From: Bacteroidota bacterium
Lineage (GTDB): Bacteria; Bacteroidota; Bacteroidia; Bacteroidales; WCHB1-69
DNA: 64,000 bases
Direction: 5' to 3'
NCBI GenBank assembly: GCA_037130365.1
Contig: JBAXTE010000015.1
Coordinates: forward strand, 4,242-68,241
The notes beneath the pieces were generated by a model. That model had not been told where the DNA came from. It saw only the letters and a program-made list of their open reading frames with translations, and made no database searches. Below, in pieces: positions 39,886 through 48,513 of this stretch; the first letter of the stretch is position 1; the number at the start of each line of letters is the position of its first letter. A program made the translations under genes and the position numbers.

Positions 39886-42800
39886 ATGAAAAAACAAATT
39901 TCCTCATTAAAATCCATTTTTGGTACAGTTGCACTTCTAGTTGCAATGCTCACCCCGAATATGAGCTGGGGACAATATTCAGGTACTGGTACGTTTACAA
40001 AAATTACATCTCTTACTGATTTAACAGATGGCTATTATGTGGTTGCGTATGGGACAACTTTTGCGATGAGCAATACAAATGCAGGAACTTTTTTTGCAAG
40101 TACTTCAATAACACCTGTATCAAGTGTAATTACTAATCCAACAGCGGCAATAGTTTGGAAAATTCAAACACATGCAGATGGTGGTAGAACAATATATAAT
40201 GAGGCCACTTCAAAATATGTATCTTTTACCGGTACATCTAATGCAGCAATGGCTGTTGCAAGTGTAACAGGTGGTTCAGAACGTTGGACTTTTGCTTGGT
40301 CATCCACCGTTTTTACTGTTACAAATGTAACTACCACAACAAGACTTTTGAAGTATAATACAGCATCACCACGTTTTGCTTGCTATACTACTGGTCAACA
40401 AGATATTACTCTTTATAAAATGCCTAGTTCTCTCACTACACCAACTTTATCGCCAGATATCATTGCAAATACTGTAGATAATCCTATAGATATCACATTT
40501 ACAGATGACGCTGCTTGGAGAACTGCCATAACAGCAGTAAAAATTGGTGGAACAGCGTTAACCGCTACTACAGATTATGTAATTACTGCCGGCAATATTC
40601 AATTAAAACCATCGGGTGGAAATGTATTATTAACAGCATCTGGTTCAAAATCAGTTACTGTAGAAGCCAATGGCTATAGCGCAGCACCTGCTACTCAAAT
40701 AATTAATGCTGGTGTGCCAACTGCCAACTCTACAACTTCTATAAATTTGGCATTAGCGCCAAATACCTCCCGAACGGTTACTTGTACTGCAAAAGATCAA
40801 TATAATAATTTGGTTTCTGGTTATACGTTTAAATATGATGCATCTATAACAAATAACAATGCCACTACCTCAGAGTCATATACCATTGATGGAACAGCTC
40901 GTACATCTACAACAAATGATGTTAATGTTGCAACTGCTACAAATGTAAGTGGTGTAGCAACTTTTACTGTTGCTGTTCCTGCAACATTAGATGGTAGCGA
41001 CGGAATTAGCGTTCAAGTGCAATTATCAAATGGGTCTACAAATATTGGATCAGCATTCTCGTATGCACAATTAGCATCTCAAACAATTACTTTTGGAACG
41101 CTTTCACCTGTCACGTATGGTGATGGAACTTTTGCTATTTCTGCAACTGGTGGTGGCTCTGGTAACGCAGTAATTTTTACCAGTTCAAATACTGCTATGG
41201 CCACTTGTACGGGCACTAATGGAACTACAATCACTATTATTGCTCCAGGAACCTGCACCATTTATGCTGACCAAGCAGGTAATGGAAGTTATAACGCAGC
41301 AATTCAGGTTGGGCAATCACTACTTATTAATAAAAAAGAACTAACTGTTACTGGCGCTACTGGAAATAATAAAGTATATAGTGGAACCAATGCTGCTACA
41401 ATTTCAGGGACTTTATCTGGGGTTATTGGAGCTGATGTGGTTACATTAAATAAAACTGGAACATTTGCTACTGTTGATGTTGCAACTGATATTGTTGTTA
41501 CATCAACTTCTACTCTTTCGGGTACTGATGCTGCAAAATATTCTCTCACTCAACCAACCGGATTAACTGCTGATATTACAAAAGCAGCTCAAACGATTAC
41601 CTTTGGCGCATTAACAAACAAAACCGTTAACGATGCAGATTACGCTCCGGGTGCAATTTCCGCTACATCTGCAACTAATCCAATTTCGTATACCAGCTCA
41701 AATCTTGCAGTTGCCACTATAGTTGCAAATCAAATACATATTATGGGAGTTGGAACAACGACCATAACCGCTTCACAAGCAGCAAGTGCTAATTATAATG
41801 CTGCTACAGATATACCTCAATCATTAACAGTTACTACTGGACCAATATTGGCATGGCAGTTTGGATCTCCAGCTTCTACAGGAAGTGAAGCTACTTTTAC
41901 AGCAACAACAATTAATTCCAATATAAATACATCTTCACTTTCTAGAGGAGTTGGTATAATGGCTACTGGTTTGGCTAGAGGATTTTCTGCTAATGATTGG
42001 ACTCCTGCTGCTACAAAAGCAACAGCCGTTACTAATAATGACTATTACCAGTTCACTGTTAAAGCAAAAGTAAATTATAAAGCTTCACTATCATCATTGG
42101 ATGCGACTTTGCGCCGAACTTCAACTGGACCTAATGCTTATATTTGGAAATACAGTCTAGATGGAACAAATTTTACTGAAATTGGTTCTGATGTTAGTTT
42201 TACAGGTACTGCTGATGGAGCTGCTCAAACTCAAATAAATTTATCTGGAATTTCAGAACTTCAAAATGTTACAAATGCTACCACAATTACTTTCAGATTA
42301 TATGCTTGGGGAGCAACTGATGTTTCAGGCACATTTGCAGTTGCTAGATATGCAGCTGGTATCACAACAAATTGTTTAGCAATTGGTGGTACTGTTGAAT
42401 GTGCTACACCAGCCACTCCTACAACAACGTTAACTCAACCTACTTGTGCAGTTCAATCGGGAACAATTACCATTACTGCTCCCACGGGTGTGACATATAG
42501 CATTGATGGGTCCGATTACTCAAATAATACTGGTATCTTTAGTGGTCTAGCACCAAACACATACAGCGTGACAGCAAAGAATGTTTGTGGCGCTATTTCA
42601 GCTGTTGCAAGTGTAACCATCGATCCAATTCCTGCAACACAATGGACTGGTGCTACCAACAACGAGTGGAGCATAGGAACCAATTGGTGTGGGGGAGTTG
42701 CTCCATCTTCATCAACAGACGTAATTATTCCTTCAGGAAAATCACCACAAATTAATTCAGCAGTTGGAAGTCCAGCTGAGTGTAATAACTTAACTATTCA

Positions 42801-44532
42801 ATCGGGTGGTACTTTGACAATTAACGCAGGAAAAGCGCTTACAGCTTATGGAAATACAGTTATTGAAGGAACTTTTACCGTTAAAGCAGATGTATCTAGT
42901 GCTGGTAGTTTTATTAGCAAAGGTACCGTAACAGGAACTGCAAATGTTGAACGTTGGGTAAGTATTGTAAATAGTAATAATGGCAATACCCAACGTTGGG
43001 AATATATTTCATCTCCAATCGCATCTGCTTCATCAGCACTATTTACAACAAGTATTCATGGATTAAGATATGTGAATGAACCTACAAACACTTGGGTGAG
43101 AATTGATAATGCAGCTCCTCAAACGATGGCAATTTTTAAAGGGTATACCAGAAGTTATCAATCGGCTACAAACGATGGTGGTAATCAGGCAATTACTTAT
43201 AATGGTGCATTAAATACAGGTTCACAATCTATTGGACTAACATATACCGCTGCAGCACCAGGAACTAACCATGGTTGGAATTTAGTGGGTAATCCATACC
43301 CAAGTGCTATTGATTGGGATGCAGCTTCGGGTTGGACTAAATCAAACATCGATGGTGCCATTTATTTTCGCAAAAACGGTACAGCATGTACATATTTAAA
43401 AGATGCTGCTACTGGTGGAGCATCAAACATAATTCCTCCAATGCAAGCATTCTGGGTTAGAGTATCTGCTAATTCTACACTTACTTGTACCGATGCTGTT
43501 AGAGTTCACGTTGCTATACCAGCATACAAAACCACACCAGAAAACACACTCCATCTTACGGTTTCTACGAATGGAAAAAGTGGCTTATCCGATGATACTT
43601 ACATTCGTTTTAAAGATTATGCTACCGATGTTTTTGATAATTCTTGTGATGCGTTTAAAATGTTTGCAGAAGATGCAGCATTTCCTCAAATATACACCAT
43701 AACTGGCACTGATTCTTTGGCAATCAATAGCTTAAGTGCATTAACTAGCGATCGTGTTATTCCACTCATGTTCAAATCAACTGCTGTTGGAACATTTACA
43801 CTTACTGCCGAATTGGTTTCGAGTTTTGCAAATAGTGGCTATTATGTTTTCTTGAAAGATAAAGAAACCGGAATCATTCAAAACTTATCGGAAAATCCTC
43901 ATTATCAATTTTCTACATCCACAATAAAAGGAAACGATCGTTTTGAAGTTCAGTTTAAATCAAATACAACTCCATTGCCAATTGACCTAATCAGTTTCGA
44001 TGCAAAATGTGTGAACAACCAAGTCGCATTAAACTGGTCAACTGCTTCAGAAGTAAACAATGACTTTTTCTCAATTGAACGTAGCAAAGATGTTTTAAAT
44101 TGGGATTTAGTAGAAAAAATTCATGGTGCTGGCAATAGTAATCATTTGATAAATTATTCGTCAAAAGATGTTGAAACAACTGGTGGCACTTCATATTACC
44201 GCTTAAAACAAACCGACTTTGATGGCAAAACCGTTACCTATAGTCCTGTAACCGTTACTTGTGCTGATAATTCTACACAAACATCAGTATCATATTTTCC
44301 AAATCCATTTACATCGGAAGTAAAAGTAGAAGTTAAAAACTCAACATCAGAAACCGCTACTGTTACAATTTACGACATCTTTGGAACAAAAGTTTATACA
44401 AGGGTTCTAAATATCGATGAACTTGGGGACAAATCAATTATCTTGAATCTATCTGATTTAGCAGCTGGTGTTTATGGCGTAGAATTTCGTTCCGCAACAT
44501 ATTCTAATATTTCAAAAATCGTGAAAAAATAA
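39886..44532 (+). CDS. giant cell-surface adhesin-like protein with Ig-like/MBG-type repeats and T9SS C-terminal sorting domain
   Basis: The ATG at 39886 gives signal peptide MKKQISSLKSIFGTVALLVAML. T/S/A-rich Ig-like repeats include ..KVYSGTNAATISGTLSGVIGADVVTLN..AAKYSLTQPTGLTADITK... CTD (SYFPNPFTSEVKVEV...AGVYGVEFR). Confidence 0.8.
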   Translation: MKKQISSLKSIFGTVALLVAMLTPNMSWGQYSGTGTFTKITSLTDLTDGYYVVAYGTTFAMSNTNAGTFFASTSITPVSSVITNPTAAIVWKIQTHADGGRTIYNEATSKYVSFTGTSNAAMAVASVTGGSERWTFAWSSTVFTVTNVTTTTRLLKYNTASPRFACYTTGQQDITLYKMPSSLTTPTLSPDIIANTVDNPIDITFTDDAAWRTAITAVKIGGTALTATTDYVITAGNIQLKPSGGNVLLTASGSKSVTVEANGYSAAPATQIINAGVPTANSTTSINLALAPNTSRTVTCTAKDQYNNLVSGYTFKYDASITNNNATTSESYTIDGTARTSTTNDVNVATATNVSGVATFTVAVPATLDGSDGISVQVQLSNGSTNIGSAFSYAQLASQTITFGTLSPVTYGDGTFAISATGGGSGNAVIFTSSNTAMATCTGTNGTTITIIAPGTCTIYADQAGNGSYNAAIQVGQSLLINKKELTVTGATGNNKVYSGTNAATISGTLSGVIGADVVTLNKTGTFATVDVATDIVVTSTSTLSGTDAAKYSLTQPTGLTADITKAAQTITFGALTNKTVNDADYAPGAISATSATNPISYTSSNLAVATIVANQIHIMGVGTTTITASQAASANYNAATDIPQSLTVTTGPILAWQFGSPASTGSEATFTATTINSNINTSSLSRGVGIMATGLARGFSANDWTPAATKATAVTNNDYYQFTVKAKVNYKASLSSLDATLRRTSTGPNAYIWKYSLDGTNFTEIGSDVSFTGTADGAAQTQINLSGISELQNVTNATTITFRLYAWGATDVSGTFAVARYAAGITTNCLAIGGTVECATPATPTTTLTQPTCAVQSGTITITAPTGVTYSIDGSDYSNNTGIFSGLAPNTYSVTAKNVCGAISAVASVTIDPIPATQWTGATNNEWSIGTNWCGGVAPSSSTDVIIPSGKSPQINSAVGSPAECNNLTIQSGGTLTINAGKALTAYGNTVIEGTFTVKADVSSAGSFISKGTVTGTANVERWVSIVNSNNGNTQRWEYISSPIASASSALFTTSIHGLRYVNEPTNTWVRIDNAAPQTMAIFKGYTRSYQSATNDGGNQAITYNGALNTGSQSIGLTYTAAAPGTNHGWNLVGNPYPSAIDWDAASGWTKSNIDGAIYFRKNGTACTYLKDAATGGASNIIPPMQAFWVRVSANSTLTCTDAVRVHVAIPAYKTTPENTLHLTVSTNGKSGLSDDTYIRFKDYATDVFDNSCDAFKMFAEDAAFPQIYTITGTDSLAINSLSALTSDRVIPLMFKSTAVGTFTLTAELVSSFANSGYYVFLKDKETGIIQNLSENPHYQFSTSTIKGNDRFEVQFKSNTTPLPIDLISFDAKCVNNQVALNWSTASEVNNDFFSIERSKDVLNWDLVEKIHGAGNSNHLINYSSKDVETTGGTSYYRLKQTDFDGKTVTYSPVTVTCADNSTQTSVSYFPNPFTSEVKVEVKNSTSETATVTIYDIFGTKVYTRVLNIDELGDKSIILNLSDLAAGVYGVEFRSATYSNISKIVKK

Positions 44533-44550
44533 ATAGAAAATATATTCAAA

Positions 44551-44739
44551 ATGAAAATCAAAGAAACAGAAAAGAATAGGTATTGTAGCCCCGAAATTCG
44601 AGTGATAAAAATTGATCATGAGATTTCGTTAGTGATGGCATCAGCAACAGGCGGTGGCGACCCTCCTCCAGGAGATGAAAATTCATCAATACAACCAGAA
44701 CGCTTTGGTGGCAATCCATTTAAACTGCCTACAGCGTAA
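44551..44739 (+). CDS. candidate RiPP precursor peptide (62 aa) with lasso-type leader motif
   Basis: MKIKETEKNRYCSPEIRVIKIDHEISLVMASATGGGDPPPGDENSSIQPERFGGNPFKLPTA. It has a YxxPxI motif, an ASA|T AXA site, T-G|G followed by D/E at core positions 8/9, and a locally GC-rich Gly/Pro core. It lies 18 nt after the adhesin stop and just upstream of the PqqD gene. Confidence 0.45.
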   Translation: MKIKETEKNRYCSPEIRVIKIDHEISLVMASATGGGDPPPGDENSSIQPERFGGNPFKLPTA

Positions 44740-44768
44740 TCTATAAAAGTTCTAATCGTATATAGCAT

Positions 44769-44813
44769 CATAGCTCTTTCAAACAATTTGAGAGGAGTTA
44801 TGGTGTTTTTTTT
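44769..44813 (+). terminator. candidate (attenuating) terminator after the small ORF
   Basis: Long imperfect hairpin catagctctttcaaa-caa-tttgagaggagttatg, followed by gtgtttttttt. Confidence 0.4.
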
Positions 44814-44908
44814 GAACGCAGATGTCTCAGCTGAATGCAGATTGCGCAGATTATTTTTGTTTTTATCCGCGAAGATCCGCCTGATCTGCCTAATTCGTGT
44901 TCTATTTA
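44812..44908. repeat. 'ATCCGC-word' repeat element, short copy B
   Basis: ttgaacgcagatg..gaatgcagat...tatccgcgaagatccgcctgatctgcctaattcgtgttctatttat parallels 48633-48720 and 36696-36945. Confidence 0.8.
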
Positions 44909-44984
44909 TTTAGTGATATATTCATCAGATGACTATTTACATCCTCTACTTAAAGATTTTTTGTATTTTTACATAAAAAATCAG

Positions 44985-45266
44985 ATGGACTTATCAGAAT
45001 TATACCATAAGAAATCAAGTTTTGCAGCAAGAAATGTCGGTACAGAGATTATCTTAGTGCCAGTTAAAAATAGTGTTGCTGATATGAACGAGTTATTTAC
45101 TTTAAACGAAGTTGGTAGTTTTATCTGGAATCATATTGATGGAGAAAAGTCTGAAAATGATATTGTTAAAGCACTAATTGTTGATTTTAACGTAGATGAA
45201 GAAAGAGCAATTAAAGATGTGAAGGAATTTATAGAAAGTTTAAAAGCTCTGATTGAAAAATCTTAA
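44985..45266 (+). CDS. PqqD-family protein (RiPP recognition element, lasso B1-like)
   Basis: 93 aa from the ATG at 44985. '..GTEIILVPVKN...LFTLNEVGSFIWNHIDGEKSENDIVKALIVDFNVDEERAIKDVKEFIESL' fits the PqqD pattern. The 50 codons upstream in the ORF track merely translate repeat copy B. Confidence 0.78.
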   Translation: MDLSELYHKKSSFAARNVGTEIILVPVKNSVADMNELFTLNEVGSFIWNHIDGEKSENDIVKALIVDFNVDEERAIKDVKEFIESLKALIEKS

Positions 45267-45269
45267 ATT

Positions 45270-46154
45270 GTGTCAATTTTGAATTCGAAAACTATTTGTA
45301 TTGCTGGCTTTATTATAAAATTATGTTCTGAAAATCAGGAGGGATTTCTTTTAGAGGAAGGATTTATTCCATTTCTGATCAATCATAATTCAAATGATTT
45401 TGATGTGTCGATAACTAGTGTAATTGGAATTCCAGAGGCTTTATTGATGACAGATAATTTGCTTTTTGAAGCTAAAAATGAACAACAAAAATTCTTTTCA
45501 ATTTATCAGCAGGGTGAATCGTATAAATTTATTGTTTATAATCAACAGCTAGATAACAATGAAATTCAGCAGGTAGCAATCCTGAATCAAGACTTAAATA
45601 ATTGGATTGTATATTCAGCAAAATCTGAAAATAATGAATTAGTATATCCCATTTTATATCCGTTGGGTCCATTAGTGATGTATTATTTAACCGTAAAATA
45701 TGATGCGATTATGATTCATGCTTCTGGTGTTTTTGATGGACAGTATGGTAGGATTTTTTCTGGAGTATCAGGAACTGGAAAATCAACGATTTCCTTTTTG
45801 TGGCAAAAAAATGGAAGTTTAATTATTAACGACGATCGTTTAATCATTCGCAAAGAGCACGATGATTATTACATATACAACACACCCATGTTTTACGCTG
45901 ATATTCCTAAAAGAACTCAATTGCATTCGGTAAACTTAATTCATCATGCTTCAAGAAATAATGCAATTCGACTAAATGGAGCCATGGCTGTTTCGCAATT
46001 AATGGCTTTCTGTATACAACATAGCTATAATAATGCTTTCTTAGAACATCACCTCGAGTTTCTTTCTGGACTTTGCGCCCAATTGCCCGTGTACGATTTA
46101 GGGTTTTTACCTGACGATAATATTGTTAATTATATAAAAGCAAATGCAGTCTGA
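45270..46154 (+). CDS. HPr kinase (HprK)-like serine kinase family protein
   Basis: 294 aa with a GTG start 3 nt after the PqqD stop. 'IHASGVFDGQYGRIFSGVSGTGKSTISFLWQKNGSLIINDDRLII' parallels the HprK/P C-terminal domain (H.G.....G.G.L..G.SG.GKS....L...G..L..DD). Confidence 0.72.
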   Translation: MSILNSKTICIAGFIIKLCSENQEGFLLEEGFIPFLINHNSNDFDVSITSVIGIPEALLMTDNLLFEAKNEQQKFFSIYQQGESYKFIVYNQQLDNNEIQQVAILNQDLNNWIVYSAKSENNELVYPILYPLGPLVMYYLTVKYDAIMIHASGVFDGQYGRIFSGVSGTGKSTISFLWQKNGSLIINDDRLIIRKEHDDYYIYNTPMFYADIPKRTQLHSVNLIHHASRNNAIRLNGAMAVSQLMAFCIQHSYNNAFLEHHLEFLSGLCAQLPVYDLGFLPDDNIVNYIKANAV

Positions 46155-48387
46155 TCAATTATTTAATGAATTACATGAGCTGATTGACGAATTGCTTACC
46201 GATAATAAATGGGTAAAGCTCAAGGTTGGCGGGTATAGTATGTTCCCCTTTTTTAAGAATGGTGAGATTATTACCATTAAAAAATGTCCTGCTTCTGAAC
46301 TTGTAATAGGAGATGTGGTTGTTTTTAAAATTAGGGATAAATGGATTGCGCATCGGTTAATCAAAATCCAACTTATTGACAACAAAAAGATTCTAATTAC
46401 CAAAGGAGATTCATGCAAAAAAATAGATTCAAAGTTTGCTGAAGAATGCATTATTGGTAAAGTTGTATCTTTTTCTAAGAATCATCAACCGAAAAGCCTT
46501 GAAACGAAATATTATAAAATTATTGGAAGGATTATGGCTCAGTTTTCGACCATTGTTACCCCGTTTATTGTCGCTTTATTATGGCTAGTTTTGCGAGTAA
46601 TGAGAGTTTATAAAAGCATTAAGAATGTCTTTAAAAGTATGTTCTTTATTTGCCGAGATTCAAGGCGCATCGCATTCGTGAACATACTTATTTCTGTTTT
46701 TCAAGGAGTTCTACCTTTCGTAATTATTTATTTGATTAAACGATTAGTTGATGCAATTTCGGTAGTCAATTCATACACTGATAAGATTGATGCATATAAA
46801 GTAATCGGGGTTATTATTGTGGTCACAGGCATTGCTTTTCTAGCGCAATCTATCTTATCGATTATAGGTAATGAAATTCGGGTAAGGCTTACTCAGTCGA
46901 TTACGATGTATATTTATAGGTTGCTTCATAAAAAATATTCTTCATTAGAAATGGCTTATATTGAAGATGCAAATCAACAGGATGTTATTCATCGTGCAGT
47001 TCAAGAAGCTGGTTTTAGACCAATTAAAATGGTAAACGAAAGTCTTTCGGTAGTTCAATCTTTAGCCTCTTGGTTATTTATTGCAGTGATCTTGTTTACA
47101 ATACATTGGGCTGTTTTTTTTCTGATAATAATTGCTGTTTTACCAGGTTTTTTAATCCGGATTAAATATTCAAAGAAATTTTATAATCTAAATAAAGAGA
47201 ATAGCCCAAAAGAGCGTGAAGCACATTATTACAATAGAATTTTAACAGGACTGCCCTTTGCTAAGGAACTTCGGCTCTTCGGTCTTGAGAATTTCTTCAC
47301 TGGCAGATTTAATAATATTCAAAAAGATTTATACCATAAAAAAAACAAATTATCTCGGAAGCAGGCAATTGCAGATATTTATGCACAGACTTTTGCTATC
47401 GTGGTTATCTTTTTGTCCTTTGGATTTGTTGCTTATCTTGGCGTTAATGGTTCAATATCAATCGGCACAGTGGTGCTTTTCTTTTTGATTTTTCAGAGAG
47501 GATTTTCTGTAATGAAAGACCTTTTTCAGTCAATTGCAGGGTTATTTGGTGACAATGTTTTTATAAATGATTTCTTTTATTTTTTGAAATTTTCGCCACT
47601 GCAAGAATTGTCCGAAGTTAAAGAAACGATAGCTCCATTACAAAAAGGAATTGTGGTCGAAAATGTGAGCTTTCATTATCCTTCTAGCCAACGGCAAGCA
47701 CTTCAATCAATTTCATTACAAATTCCTGCGGGCAAAACGGTGGCGCTTGTGGGAGCAAATGGATCGGGAAAAACAACCCTCGTCAAATTACTTTGTGGGT
47801 TTTATACTCCACAGCAAGGTAGAATCTTATTCGATAATATAGATATTTCATCGATAAATCCTGACGAAATTCGTGAGCAAATTTCTGCCGTTTTTCAAGA
47901 TTTTGCATTATATAATTTAACAGCAAAAGAGAATATTGCTCTTGGGATGAATTCAAAACCGATAAATGATAGCGAAATTGAACAATCAGCATCTAATTCT
48001 GGTATTGCAGAAGTCCTTGCTAAACTCCCAAACGGATACGATAGTTTGCTTGGGAATTTGTTCGAAAAAGGGGAGGAGCTTAGCATTGGTCAGTGGCAAA
48101 AAATTGCAATTGCTAAAGCTTTTTATCGGAATACGCCAATACTTTTTATGGACGAACCATCGAGTGCACTAGATGCAGAAACAGAATTACATATTTTGAA
48201 CAACTTAAAATTATTGGCAAAAGATAAAACAACCCTCATAATAAGTCATCGTTTTTCGACAATTAAGTGGGTGGATGTGATATATGTTTTAGACGAAGGT
48301 GTTGTTGTCGAAAGTGGCGATCATGAAAAATTAATGGCATTAGAAGGCAAGTATTTTAATATGTATCAGCACAGTGTGAATAAATAG
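46144..48387 (+). CDS. ABC exporter (6-TM + NBD) fused to an N-terminal S26B (SipW/Sec11-type) signal-peptidase-like domain
   Basis: 747 aa; the start overlaps the kinase stop by 11 nt. N-terminal ~120 aa carry 'GGYSMFP', 'IAHRLI' and 'ITKGDS'. Then comes an extra hydrophobic helix, six TM helices, Walker A 'GANGSGKTT', signature 'LSIGQWQ', Walker B 'ILFMDEPSSALD' and 'ISHR'. Confidence 0.82.
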   Translation: MQSDQLFNELHELIDELLTDNKWVKLKVGGYSMFPFFKNGEIITIKKCPASELVIGDVVVFKIRDKWIAHRLIKIQLIDNKKILITKGDSCKKIDSKFAEECIIGKVVSFSKNHQPKSLETKYYKIIGRIMAQFSTIVTPFIVALLWLVLRVMRVYKSIKNVFKSMFFICRDSRRIAFVNILISVFQGVLPFVIIYLIKRLVDAISVVNSYTDKIDAYKVIGVIIVVTGIAFLAQSILSIIGNEIRVRLTQSITMYIYRLLHKKYSSLEMAYIEDANQQDVIHRAVQEAGFRPIKMVNESLSVVQSLASWLFIAVILFTIHWAVFFLIIIAVLPGFLIRIKYSKKFYNLNKENSPKEREAHYYNRILTGLPFAKELRLFGLENFFTGRFNNIQKDLYHKKNKLSRKQAIADIYAQTFAIVVIFLSFGFVAYLGVNGSISIGTVVLFFLIFQRGFSVMKDLFQSIAGLFGDNVFINDFFYFLKFSPLQELSEVKETIAPLQKGIVVENVSFHYPSSQRQALQSISLQIPAGKTVALVGANGSGKTTLVKLLCGFYTPQQGRILFDNIDISSINPDEIREQISAVFQDFALYNLTAKENIALGMNSKPINDSEIEQSASNSGIAEVLAKLPNGYDSLLGNLFEKGEELSIGQWQKIAIAKAFYRNTPILFMDEPSSALDAETELHILNNLKLLAKDKTTLIISHRFSTIKWVDVIYVLDEGVVVESGDHEKLMALEGKYFNMYQHSVNK

Positions 48388-48513
48388 AGTCTGCCGAAAT
48401 AAAACTGAAACGACATTAATACATTTGGATCGCTGATGACGCAGATAATTTTGATAGCATATTTGAAGATGAGACAATTTGTTCCGAAAAACTTTAAATC
48501 TTTGATTTAACTG

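Noticed and set aside
44835-44984. N-terminal 50 codons of the ORF-track version of the PqqD gene (MQIAQIIFVFIREDPPDLPNSCS...)
   Set aside because: This stretch simply translates repeat copy B (atccgcgaagatccgcctgatctgcc...). The PqqD-like sequence begins at the internal ATG at 44985.
44551-48387. Calling the locus a canonical lasso peptide biosynthetic gene cluster
   Set aside because: The defining Asn-synthetase-like cyclase (C) and transglutaminase-like protease (B2) are absent from every ORF in the window. Only the accessory parts (RRE, kinase, exporter, NTase) and a lasso-like precursor are present. It is therefore reported as a lasso-like but non-canonical or split system.
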